A stretch of DNA of 64,000 bases from NCBI GenBank assembly GCA_965250115.1, contig CBDFNJ010000002.1:270966-334965 (forward strand), in the 5' to 3' direction. How positions within the stretch are numbered: the stretch's first letter is position 1; each line of letters begins with the position of its first letter. This document shows positions 19,734-28,548 of this stretch, piece by piece. The position numbers and the translations under genes were made by a program. This DNA is from Candidatus Marinacidobacterales bacterium (GTDB lineage: Bacteria; Acidobacteriota; Vicinamibacteria; Marinacidobacterales; SMYC01). The notes beneath the pieces were generated by a model. That model searched no databases and was not told the origin of the DNA. It saw only the letters and a program-made list of their open reading frames with translations.

Positions 19734-22427
19734 TTGAGCAAGAAGCAGAACGGGACTGTCCCACGCATCGATTTCGGGACCTACCAATTGCCGAACGGCC
19801 TGAGAATCATTCTCCACGAGGACCACAAGCTGCCCGTCGCTCACGTGAACCTTTGGTATCACGTGGGCTCGAAGAACGAAGACGCTGGCAAGACGGGATT
19901 CGCCCACCTTTTCGAGCACATGATGTTCGAGGGCTCCCGGAACGTGAAGGGCGAGTACGTGTCCTTGATGGAGCGTGCGGGAGCGAATATCTCTCAGGGT
20001 GGGATCAATGGCACGACGAACTTCGACCGCACAAACTACTTCGAGACGGTGCCTTCCGGATCGCTCGAGCTGGTGCTCTGGGCCGAATCGGACCGCATGG
20101 GCTACCTCCTCGACGCCGTCAACCAGGAGAACTTCGATAACCAGCGGGACGTCGTCAAGAACGAGCGTCGCCAGAGCATGGACAACGTACCCTACGGAAC
20201 GGCGATCGAGGTCGTCTTCCAGAACCTCTTTCCCAAAGGGCATCCCTACTCCTGGCACATCATCGGGAGCATGGAGCATCTGGAGAACGCTACGCTCGAG
20301 GACGTCCACGCTTTCTTCCGCCGTTTCTACGTACCGAACAATTGCGTGCTCACCGTGGCCGGCGACTTCGATCCGGACGAGGCGAAGAGCCTCATCGAGC
20401 ACTACTTCGCGCCGCTGAAACCGGGGCCGCCACTCGCGAGACCGGAGCGCCATGAGATCTCTCTTTCGACGAATCGGCGCATCACCGTTCGCGACCGCGT
20501 GCCTCAAGAGCGGCTCTACATGGCCTGGCCCGGGGTCGCCTTCTTCGAGCCGGACGACGCCGCGCTCGACCTCGTCACCAACATTCTCACCGACGGGAAG
20601 AACTCGAGGCTCTACAAACGTCTCGTCTACGACGAACAGGTCGCTTCCGACGTCAGCGCGTTCAACTACAGCCTCGAGATCGCGGGCCTCGTAGGAATCG
20701 TCGCGACGGCAAGGCCCGAGGTCCCCCTCGTACGGGTCGAGGAGCTCCTCGACGAGGAGATTCGTCGCCTCGCGAAAGAGGGCCCGACCGAAGAAGAGAT
20801 CGAGCGCATCAAAGCGGGCCAGGAGTATGACTTTCTTTCGGGGCTCGAGCGTATCGGTGGCTTCGGTGGCAAGGCCGACCGCCTCGCTATGTATCAGACA
20901 TTTCTCGGCTCGCCCGATCGCTTTCGGGATGACTACGAGCGCTACCAGAGTCTGAAGGCAAAGGATCTGCGCCGCGCGGCCAAGCACTTCTTGGTGCAGC
21001 CCCGGCTCACCGTCTCCTTCGTGCCCGAGTTGTCTCGCGTCGAAGCGCGAGAAGAGCCCGATCGCTCGACCGCGCCCGCGCTCAAGCCGAGTCGTCATTT
21101 TCGGGTTCCGGAAGTGAAGACTGTCACCTTGGGAAACGGTCTGAAGCTCCACGTCGTCGAGCGGCACGATATTCCCAAAGTGGCGACGGTCCTCATGGTG
21201 AAAGTGGGTGCGACCGCGGAGCCTTACGAGAGAAGCGGTCTCGCGGCGATGACGGCGGAGATGCTCGAGGAGGGCACCGCGACGAGGACATCGCTCCAGA
21301 TCGAGGCCGAGCTCGATCGGATGGGCAGCCACCTCTCTACCGGGGGGAGCCGCGAGTGGAGCGCGGTATCGCTCGACTCGTTGAAGCGTCACTTGCCCGA
21401 GTCATTGGAGCTGATGTCGGACGTGCTGCTTCATCCGAGCTTTCCAGGGGAAGAGCTCGAGCGGCTCCGCAAACAGAGGCTGGACGCGATCCTTCAAGAT
21501 CGCGTGAGCTCGGGCTCTATCGCGGGCAAGGCGGTCCGGAAGTCGCTGTTTGGCGCCCGCCACCCCTACGGTTGGCCTATCGGGGGGAATGAATCCTCCA
21601 TTCGCGACATGAAGCGGGCCGAGCTCGAGCAGTTCTACTTCCGGCACTTCGCACCCGAGAACAGCGCGCTCATCATGGTGGGCGACATCGACCTGGCCGA
21701 AGCGGAGAATGCGGTGGAGCGGGTCCTGGGGCACTGGTCGGTCGACTCGTTCGGAAGCGTCGAGGTGCCTCCCGTGTCACCTCCGTCGCGTGCGACTTGT
21801 TTCGTGGACCGACCGGGCGCGGCGCAATCGGAGCTTCGCCTGGCGATGCCCGCGCCGCCGCGCAGAACGGAGGACTATATCGTCCTCGAGGTCCTGAACA
21901 ACGTCCTCGGCGGTGGCTTCTCTGGAAGGCTGAATTTGAATCTCCGCGAAGACAAGGGCTATACTTACGGAGCCTTCTCCTCGATCCGATACGGAAATCT
22001 CTTCGGGTTGTTCCTGGGCTCGACGCCGGTCGAGAGCTCGGTAACCAAACCGGCGCTGACGGAGCTTATCGGCGAGTTCGAGGCACTGCACTCCTGGAGC
22101 CGTCCGGTAACCGACGACGAGCTCGCGCACGCGAAGGAGAGTCTAGTGCGAGGCTTCGCCCAACGCTTCGAGACCATGTCCCAGGTCGCTTCCGAGATCG
22201 CCGAGCTCGAAGGCTCCGGCCTCTCGGTGGAGGAGCTCGAGCGGTATGCGGACGTCGTCGAGGCGGTGACGCAGGCCGAGCTGAAGAGAGCTGCGGAGCG
22301 CTACCTCGACACTTCGAAGGCGGTCATCATCGTCGTTGGGGATGGCGAGAAGGTTGCCGAGCAGGTCGCCTCAATCGGCTTCGGTCCGCTGAAGAAGCTC
22401 GACGCGGACGGCGAGCTGGTTACCTAA
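19734..22427 (+). CDS. M16 (pitrilysin/insulinase) family zinc peptidase, both halves in one polypeptide
   Basis: HVGSKNEDAGKTGFAHLFEHMMFEGS, an inverted HxxEH zinc motif; 897 aa. Confidence 0.9.
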   Translation: MSKKQNGTVPRIDFGTYQLPNGLRIILHEDHKLPVAHVNLWYHVGSKNEDAGKTGFAHLFEHMMFEGSRNVKGEYVSLMERAGANISQGGINGTTNFDRTNYFETVPSGSLELVLWAESDRMGYLLDAVNQENFDNQRDVVKNERRQSMDNVPYGTAIEVVFQNLFPKGHPYSWHIIGSMEHLENATLEDVHAFFRRFYVPNNCVLTVAGDFDPDEAKSLIEHYFAPLKPGPPLARPERHEISLSTNRRITVRDRVPQERLYMAWPGVAFFEPDDAALDLVTNILTDGKNSRLYKRLVYDEQVASDVSAFNYSLEIAGLVGIVATARPEVPLVRVEELLDEEIRRLAKEGPTEEEIERIKAGQEYDFLSGLERIGGFGGKADRLAMYQTFLGSPDRFRDDYERYQSLKAKDLRRAAKHFLVQPRLTVSFVPELSRVEAREEPDRSTAPALKPSRHFRVPEVKTVTLGNGLKLHVVERHDIPKVATVLMVKVGATAEPYERSGLAAMTAEMLEEGTATRTSLQIEAELDRMGSHLSTGGSREWSAVSLDSLKRHLPESLELMSDVLLHPSFPGEELERLRKQRLDAILQDRVSSGSIAGKAVRKSLFGARHPYGWPIGGNESSIRDMKRAELEQFYFRHFAPENSALIMVGDIDLAEAENAVERVLGHWSVDSFGSVEVPPVSPPSRATCFVDRPGAAQSELRLAMPAPPRRTEDYIVLEVLNNVLGGGFSGRLNLNLREDKGYTYGAFSSIRYGNLFGLFLGSTPVESSVTKPALTELIGEFEALHSWSRPVTDDELAHAKESLVRGFAQRFETMSQVASEIAELEGSGLSVEELERYADVVEAVTQAELKRAAERYLDTSKAVIIVVGDGEKVAEQVASIGFGPLKKLDADGELVT

Positions 22428-22523
22428 TAGCCGACTCTGCTTTCCGGGATTCGCATCGAAGAACCGCCCTGCACCGGGGGTTCGCTCGTTCATATAGAAG
22501 ACTCGAAGGCGCGATCCTATAAG

Positions 22524-23405
22524 ATGATGCGCTTGAAACACCAAAACCTGTCGGCTCGCGCGCTCGGGCTCGCTCTTGGCCTCTCCGCATTCTGGGGCGG
22601 CAATCCCGTCGCCGTCAAGGTCGGGCTGATGGACGCGCCGCCCCTCAGACTCGGGTGGATGCGCTTCGTGCTCGGCGCAGTCGTCGTGCTTGCTTTTGCG
22701 CGTTTCCGAGGTGAATCGCTGCGCGTCGAGAAGCACGAGAGGAAAACGCTTCTCGGACTCGGTACGCTCTTTGCGGCTCAGCTCGCGCTTCTGAACCTCG
22801 GTCAAGACCGCACATCATCGGGTCACGCCGCCGTGATCCTGAGCGCTTATCCTCTTTGGACCGCCCTCTTCGCCCACTTTTTCGTTCCCGGAGATCGGCT
22901 CACGGCTAGGCGAGGCCTTGGTGCTCTCGTCGCCTATGCAGGTGTGATCGTGGTGTTCAGCGCTAGCGTACGGGGCAGCGGATCCGTGCGCGGCGATCTG
23001 CTGCTCGCGATCTCGTGCGTTTTGCTCGGTGCACGGCAGATCGTACTTTCGCGCTCCGCGCAACGGATTCCGATCGTCAAGCTCCTCCTCGCGCAGGCGG
23101 GAGTGGGTACCGTTAGCTTCATCGTCGCGAGCGTTCTCTTGGAGACCGAACCCACGAATTGGGCCCCACGGCTTTCGATCGCCCTCCTCTATCAGGGCGT
23201 TCTCATCGCCGGCGTTGCTTTTCTTCTGCAGACGTGGCTTCTGAAGCACTATCCGCCGTCACGCGTGACGAACGTCTATCTCACGCAGCCCGTGATCGGC
23301 GTGTTGTTGAGTTGGGCGATTCTGAGAGAGCAGGTTGGACCGGAGCTCTACTTCGGTGCCATCCTCGTCGTAGCCGGCTCGTTTCTCGTTCAGCGACGGG
23401 CTTGA
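22524..23405 (+). CDS. EamA/DMT family transporter
   Basis: Ten hydrophobic helices; duplicated EamA-like halves. Confidence 0.8.
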   Translation: MMRLKHQNLSARALGLALGLSAFWGGNPVAVKVGLMDAPPLRLGWMRFVLGAVVVLAFARFRGESLRVEKHERKTLLGLGTLFAAQLALLNLGQDRTSSGHAAVILSAYPLWTALFAHFFVPGDRLTARRGLGALVAYAGVIVVFSASVRGSGSVRGDLLLAISCVLLGARQIVLSRSAQRIPIVKLLLAQAGVGTVSFIVASVLLETEPTNWAPRLSIALLYQGVLIAGVAFLLQTWLLKHYPPSRVTNVYLTQPVIGVLLSWAILREQVGPELYFGAILVVAGSFLVQRRA

Positions 23406-23408
23406 ATC

Positions 23409-24125
23409 TCAGCCGTAACTGACTATTCCGAGATAGAGCGTGTTCAGCGCGATGGTGAAGAGAACGCCGAATACGCGTCCGAAGAAGACCCATGCGACGA
23501 CGATGCCCATCATGGCAAACCCTCCTTGATGGAACATCTCCATGAACCTGCGAGCTCCGTTCTCAGACATGAAGATGGTGACACCGGCATTGCCATCGAG
23601 CGGTGGGACCGGCAGCAGATTGAACGTGCCCAGGATGAAGTTGAGCATGAAGAGAACGCTCAAGACCGTCGCGACGAGAGAGCCGATGCCTCCCGCGCTC
23701 ACCGCCTCGGTCACGTGCGTGAAGCTCACCGTCTCCGGGGGCTGAAAGAAATCCACGCCGAGGCCGATGCGAATCCCGAGCGCGGCGATGAGCATCAAGG
23801 AGAAGTTTGCCGCCGGACCCGCCACGGCCATCCTCGCCGCCCGGTGCGGATGCTCGTAGGCCCAACGTGGATTGTAAGGAGCGCTCGCCCAGCCCATCAT
23901 CCAGCCTCCCATGAGGTAGGACAGAATCGGAACGACGACCATGCCGAAGGGCTCCCGCTGAATATGCGGTATCGGGTTGAGCGTGATTTGACCGCTAGCG
24001 GTCGGGTCCCCGCCGAGTTTGGCGACGAGAGCATGGGCACCCTCGTGGCACGTCGTGGAAAACAGAAACACGACGAACCAAATCAGCCCGAGAGTAATGG
24101 TGTCGATTGAGACGTCTGGCATCAT
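23409..24125 (-). CDS. M50/site-2-protease-like membrane metalloprotease (start taken at MMPDVS...; the track start at 24146 would run into the palindromic element)
   Basis: CHEGAHAL, an HExxH motif inside a transmembrane segment; polytopic. Confidence 0.7.
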   Translation of the reverse strand: MMPDVSIDTITLGLIWFVVFLFSTTCHEGAHALVAKLGGDPTASGQITLNPIPHIQREPFGMVVVPILSYLMGGWMMGWASAPYNPRWAYEHPHRAARMAVAGPAANFSLMLIAALGIRIGLGVDFFQPPETVSFTHVTEAVSAGGIGSLVATVLSVLFMLNFILGTFNLLPVPPLDGNAGVTIFMSENGARRFMEMFHQGGFAMMGIVVAWVFFGRVFGVLFTIALNTLYLGIVSYG

Positions 24126-24128
24126 CCT

Positions 24129-24199
24129 GGGGTCAGTCCTGAACAACTTGACTTGGGTAGAAAAGTAACGCCAAAGTCAAGTTGTTCAGGGCTGACCCC
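24129..24199. repeat. Palindromic intergenic element, copy 1 of 3: 26-bp stems with one mismatch and a 19-nt loop
   Basis: GGGGTCAGTCCTGAACAACTTGACTT [gggtagaaaagtaacgcca] AAGTCAAGTTGTTCAGGGCTGACCCC; near-identical copies at 36186 and 56502. Confidence 0.9.
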
Positions 24200-24448
24200 G
24201 TATATATCATACCGACCATCATTGGAAGGCTCCGCGACGGACTGAGGCCGGGAAGGCGGTTTGCCCAGCAGAAGTGCGTGTAATACAATGCATATGGCTA
24301 ACGCCTTCGTGCGACATGCTTTGCGAGCGTCGTCCTCGTGGAAGGCACAAAAACCAGCCGGTTCCGAGGGATTGCTCGTTTGGGTCGACCGTTACATGAG
24401 CGGGAAATCGTAAGAAGTCAGAAAGCCCTGATTCGAGGAAGGTGACCA

Positions 24449-24721
24449 TTGGCAAATCGTAGTCGACAGACGTTCATCAAACGTCAAAAAGAGCGGGCCC
24501 GCCAGGAAAAAGCCCGCATCAAGTCCGAAAAGCGTTCTCAGCGCAACTCGGAGAAAGTCAAACCGGAAGGGTACGGAGAGGATCCGGATATCGCTGGTAT
24601 GGTACCGGGACCACAGCTTCAGGCCTGGGAAATGATGGACGTACTGACTGACGACGAGATACTCGCTCTCGAACAGGAAGCGGAAGAAGCTGCCAAGAAG
24701 GCAGCCAAAGAAGCCGAGTAA
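24449..24721 (+). CDS. Small, highly charged hypothetical protein
   Basis: 90-aa ORF with a K/R/E-rich N-terminus and an acidic C-terminus. No recognisable family; coding status uncertain. Confidence 0.4.
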   Translation: MANRSRQTFIKRQKERARQEKARIKSEKRSQRNSEKVKPEGYGEDPDIAGMVPGPQLQAWEMMDVLTDDEILALEQEAEEAAKKAAKEAE

Positions 24722-24736
24722 GGCGCTCGTCTCCTC

Positions 24737-25333
24737 TCAGGAACCCTCGTCGATCCGCACATGAACGGTCCGGATGACGACCGGATTTTTCATGCCTCCC
24801 ATCTTCATCGTGAGCGTCATAATCATCGTCTGACCCTCGGGCGACAGATCGTACTTACGTTGCATCTTGCAGCGCTCCATCTTCTCTTCGATGTGAATCG
24901 CACTGCCGCTCATCTCCGCGACCGTCTCTAGCTCGGCGCCGTTCGGCAGCTGTCTCTTGTGCTTCTCGCCATCGAGGTAGAAGATCTCCACCCGCTCGCC
25001 GGTGTCGACCCGGAACTCGTTGCCCTCGAGCTCCGCATCCAACGATTCCGGTATGCGGCCCATCTGAGGTTGACGTCCACGCTCTCCGCGTTGGCCTCCG
25101 CCGCCTCCGCCGCCTCCTCCTGGGGGCATTCCGCCGCCTCCGCCCCCGGGTTGCATCCCACCGCCCCGGCCTCCCCGCTGCTCGCGCATCTGCTGCATGG
25201 CGGCCTCCATTTTTTCTTCAGCGTCATCGCTCCGTTCGGGATCGCGCTCCCAGCTACCCGCGAGCGTCGGAGTTTGCTGGGCCCAGCTCGGCGCGGTGAA
25301 AAGAAGGGCAGTCATGAGGGTCGTTCGAATCAT
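24737..25333 (-). CDS. Secreted Gly-rich hypothetical protein
   Basis: Signal peptide MIRTTLMTALLFTAPSWAQQ, then a poly-Gly low-complexity segment. Confidence 0.5.
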   Translation of the reverse strand: MIRTTLMTALLFTAPSWAQQTPTLAGSWERDPERSDDAEEKMEAAMQQMREQRGGRGGGMQPGGGGGGMPPGGGGGGGGGQRGERGRQPQMGRIPESLDAELEGNEFRVDTGERVEIFYLDGEKHKRQLPNGAELETVAEMSGSAIHIEEKMERCKMQRKYDLSPEGQTMIMTLTMKMGGMKNPVVIRTVHVRIDEGS

Positions 25334-25453
25334 TGCGTCCTCCGCGGTGGTTGTCTCAGAACTCTAGCGCAAGAAAATTCGGGATGCCGCACTGCCCGGT
25401 TGGTAAGAACCTCTCGGTGGGTTGATGCAGTGCGGCATCCTTGTCGCCGCGAC

Positions 25454-25963
25454 TCAAAGGGAATCGGGGTTTTGGTTTCGGTGGCGCTCGCGTCTTTCTT
25501 CCATTTGCTGCCGGCGCTGTTCCATCTTGGCTTTGCGCGCGGCTTTCGCTTCCGCGAGCGTTTGTCGTTGTTCGTCCGTCAAGACGTCTTCGATCCTCTG
25601 CTGTATCTGCTTCCGCTCGATGGCGGCCGCTGCCTCGGCTTCACCGAGTTGAAACGCGAGATTCTGGATCTCGCCGTCGTCCGCGAGGGTTTCGACGGCA
25701 TCGTTGAGCGCCTTGCGGCTCTCTGCGACACGCTTCATGTTTCCCGTCGCGCGCATCTCCTCGAAGATCGCACGCACATCGTCGCGCTGCGCGTCCGAGA
25801 GGTCGAGGCCCCTTAGCGCTCGCATGTCGCCGCCCCGGCCCCCAGGGCCTCTGTGACCGCGACCTTCACCCGGCTGCGCCAGGCCCAGGCAGGGCAGCGC
25901 GAACAGGCTACCGACGACAGCGATCCAGACTAACTTCTGACCAACGTTTTTCTTTTGCATCAT
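25454..25963 (-). CDS. Spy/CpxP-family periplasmic stress protein (start at the internal MMQKK)
   Basis: Signal peptide plus two LTxxQ-type motifs (LSDAQRDDVRAIFEE, LTDEQRQTLAE). Divergent from the histidine kinase / response regulator pair. Confidence 0.65.
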   Translation of the reverse strand: MMQKKNVGQKLVWIAVVGSLFALPCLGLAQPGEGRGHRGPGGRGGDMRALRGLDLSDAQRDDVRAIFEEMRATGNMKRVAESRKALNDAVETLADDGEIQNLAFQLGEAEAAAAIERKQIQQRIEDVLTDEQRQTLAEAKAARKAKMEQRRQQMEERRERHRNQNPDSL

Positions 25964-26077
25964 CTTCCTTCTCCCTGGCTCCACATCCGGCCTTTCACGG
26001 TTCAATACTAGCGAATCGCGAGCCCCGAGTTATCAAGTTGGTGAAAAGGATTTGTTAAGGATGTAAAAGCTCAGGAG

Positions 26078-27839
26078 ATGGACCCCGCGGCTGTTCTAGA
26101 ATGGGGCATGGGAAGCTTCAAGAGGTTGAGGGCCTACATTTTGCCCCTCGGCCTCCTCGCGCTCCTGAGTATTCTGGCTTCGCTCCAGTACCGCTGGACG
26201 GGCCAGATCAGCGCCGCGGAGAGGGAGCGCGTGCAGGCGAGTCTGCGATCCTCGACGTTCCGTTTTATCGAGAGACGTGAACGAGGAGCTCATCGGTCTG
26301 CTCCGCACTTTCCATGTGGAGAGCGAACGGGATCTCGGCGCGAACTTGTCCGCGCGACTGGATCGATGGCGCGCAGAGTCGGGCTATCCCGATCTCGCGC
26401 ATCATATCTACGTCCTTCGCCTTGACGAGGGTGGGGCCGCCTTGCTCGAGCTTCAAGGTAGTGAGCTTCGTTCGATGACGTGGCCGGACGAGCTCTCGAA
26501 GCTACGCGCTCAGATCGAGTCCGTCGAAGGCCATGCCGCGGATGGGCCCAGGCGGCACCCGGCCTTCCTGCCGGTGCTCCTGGACGAACCTCCAGGTCTC
26601 GGTGTTCCCATCGGGTCACCAAGAGACGGTTGGTCCCGGGCGGCTCCTCGATACGTCCTCGTCCTGTTACGTGAAGACGTTCTGCGAGAGGACTGGTTCC
26701 CCGAGCTCGAGGCCCGGCACTTCGGCCCCGAGTTCGACGTCGTCGTCCTCAATCGAGACGGTGGGATCGTCTTCGCGTCATCCGGGGTCGAGGCGTCTGA
26801 GTTGGTTGCTTCGGCAGACGCCGAAGCGCCGCTGTTCTCGCCTCGTGGCTTCCTAGGGGAGGTGCCTTCCGGAGACGACCCAGCGTCCCGGCGCCGGCGA
26901 GCGGGATCGCGGGAGCGGCGGCGGCCCCCCGCGGGATTTCGTGGGTCCTTTCGAGACACTGGACGGGAGCTCATGGAAGGCCGATGGCGCCTGTTCGTCC
27001 GACACGGAGCCGGCTCCCTCGATGCGGCGGTCGCAACAGCACGGTACCGGAATCTAGCGGTGAGCTTTGCGGTGATGGGGCTCCTCGCGGCGAGTGTCGT
27101 TCTCGCCAGCATTTCTTCACGGAGGGCGCCGGAGCTCACCGCGCGCAAGATGGAGTTCGTCGCCGGCGTGTCGCACGAGCTGCGAACGCCCGTCGCCGTC
27201 ATTCGCTCGGCGGGGCAGAACTTGGCGGATGGTTCCGTCTCCGAGCCATTGCGGGTCGCGCACTATGGGCGCGTCATCGAGTCGGAGGGGCGGCGACTCG
27301 AGGATCTTCTCGAGCAAGTACTAGAGCTTGCCGGGATCCAGTCGCTCAAGCGGCGTTACCAGTCGGGCTCCGTCTCCGCTCGCGAGATTGTGAGCCAGGC
27401 GATCTCGGACTGCGAAAGCGTAGCGCATGACAGGGGCGTAGAGGTGGCCGTCGAAACGGGCGAGGCGGACCTGCGCGTTCGCGGCGATCGGGAAGCTCTC
27501 AGGCGAGCGATCGCCAACCTGGTGAGCAACGCGATCAAGCACGGCGGACAAGCGGACGGCGTGGAAGTGCACGTCTCGAGTCGACCGGAGCATCGCGTCG
27601 CGATTCAGGTCGTGGACCACGGCCCCGGCATTCCCGGCCAGGAGCGCGAACATCTGTTCGAGGCCTTCTATCGGGGAAGCAGAGCTCAGGACGACCAAGT
27701 TGCCGGGAGCGGCCTCGGTCTCAGTCTCGTCGATCACATCGTACGCGAGCACGGTGGCACCATCGAAGTGCAATCGAGCCCCGGCGCGGGCGCGAGCTTC
27801 ACTCTCGTGCTGCCCGCTGCCGCGGAGCATGCGACGTGA
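26078..27839 (+). CDS. Sensor histidine kinase (TM1, periplasmic domain, TM2, HisKA, HATPase_c). The N-terminus containing TM1 is in a different frame from the body (shift near 26265..26280). The track lists 26078..26425 and 26277..27839.
   Basis: HisKA H-box MEFVAGVSHELRTP; N/G1/G2 boxes (NLVSNAIKHG, VDHGPGIP, GSGLGLSLV). The upstream frame gives MGSFKRLRAYILPLGLLALLSILASLQY, which is TM1. Confidence 0.7.
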
Positions 27840-28528
27840 CCGCGGCTCGACGCATCCTCCTCGTCGAGGACGAGCCCGGGCTCGTGATGACCTTGACGGA
27901 TCGATTGAAGAGTGAAGGTTACCGGGTCGAAGCGGCGCGGGAAGGGGACGGGGCGCTCGAGATGGCGACGGCCGAGCCCTTCGATGTCATTCTGCTCGAC
28001 GTCATGTTGCCGGGGCGAAGCGGCTTCGACGTTTGTCGTGAGCTCCGAGCCCGTGGTGTCGACACGCCGATTCTATTCCTCACCGCACGAGGCGAGATCG
28101 CCGACAAAGTCGTGGGACTGAAGCTCGGCGCGGACGACTACCTCACTAAACCGTTCGACATGATGGAGCTCATGGCTCGTGTCGAGGCTCTTCTGCGTCG
28201 AAAACCGCTGCCTAAGAGATCTGGACCGGATCGCTATAGCTTCGGCGACGTCGTTGTAAACTTTCGCAAGGTGGAAGTCCTTCGTGGAGGCGAGCCAATC
28301 GAATTGTCCGCCTTGGAGTTCAAGCTCCTTCGATACTTCATCGAAAATCGCGAGGCGACCCTGAGTCGCGACGAGCTGCTGAGTCGTGTTTGGGGCTACG
28401 ACCAGATGCCCTACTCGCGAACCGTGGACGTGCACGTGTCCGAACTCCGGCAGAAGATCGAGCCCAAGCCCTCCCGTCCAGAGTACATCGTGACGGTCCA
28501 TCGACTCGGATACAAGTTTCTGGGCTGA
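27836..28528 (+). CDS. OmpR/PhoB-family response regulator
   Basis: ILLVEDEP ... DVILLDVMLPGRSGFDVCRELR receiver domain, plus a C-terminal winged helix (YIVTVHRLGYKF). The start overlaps the histidine kinase stop. Confidence 0.9.
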   Translation: MTAARRILLVEDEPGLVMTLTDRLKSEGYRVEAAREGDGALEMATAEPFDVILLDVMLPGRSGFDVCRELRARGVDTPILFLTARGEIADKVVGLKLGADDYLTKPFDMMELMARVEALLRRKPLPKRSGPDRYSFGDVVVNFRKVEVLRGGEPIELSALEFKLLRYFIENREATLSRDELLSRVWGYDQMPYSRTVDVHVSELRQKIEPKPSRPEYIVTVHRLGYKFLG

Positions 28529-28548
28529 CCCCAGGCATCGTCGCCAAT

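Noticed and set aside
18576-21392. 938-aa minus-strand ORF
   Set aside because: High-GC read-through antisense to the M16 peptidase gene. Only the last 362 codons (18576..19664) form the real tandem-cyclophilin PPIase, with its own ATG and GGAGGA ribosome-binding site.
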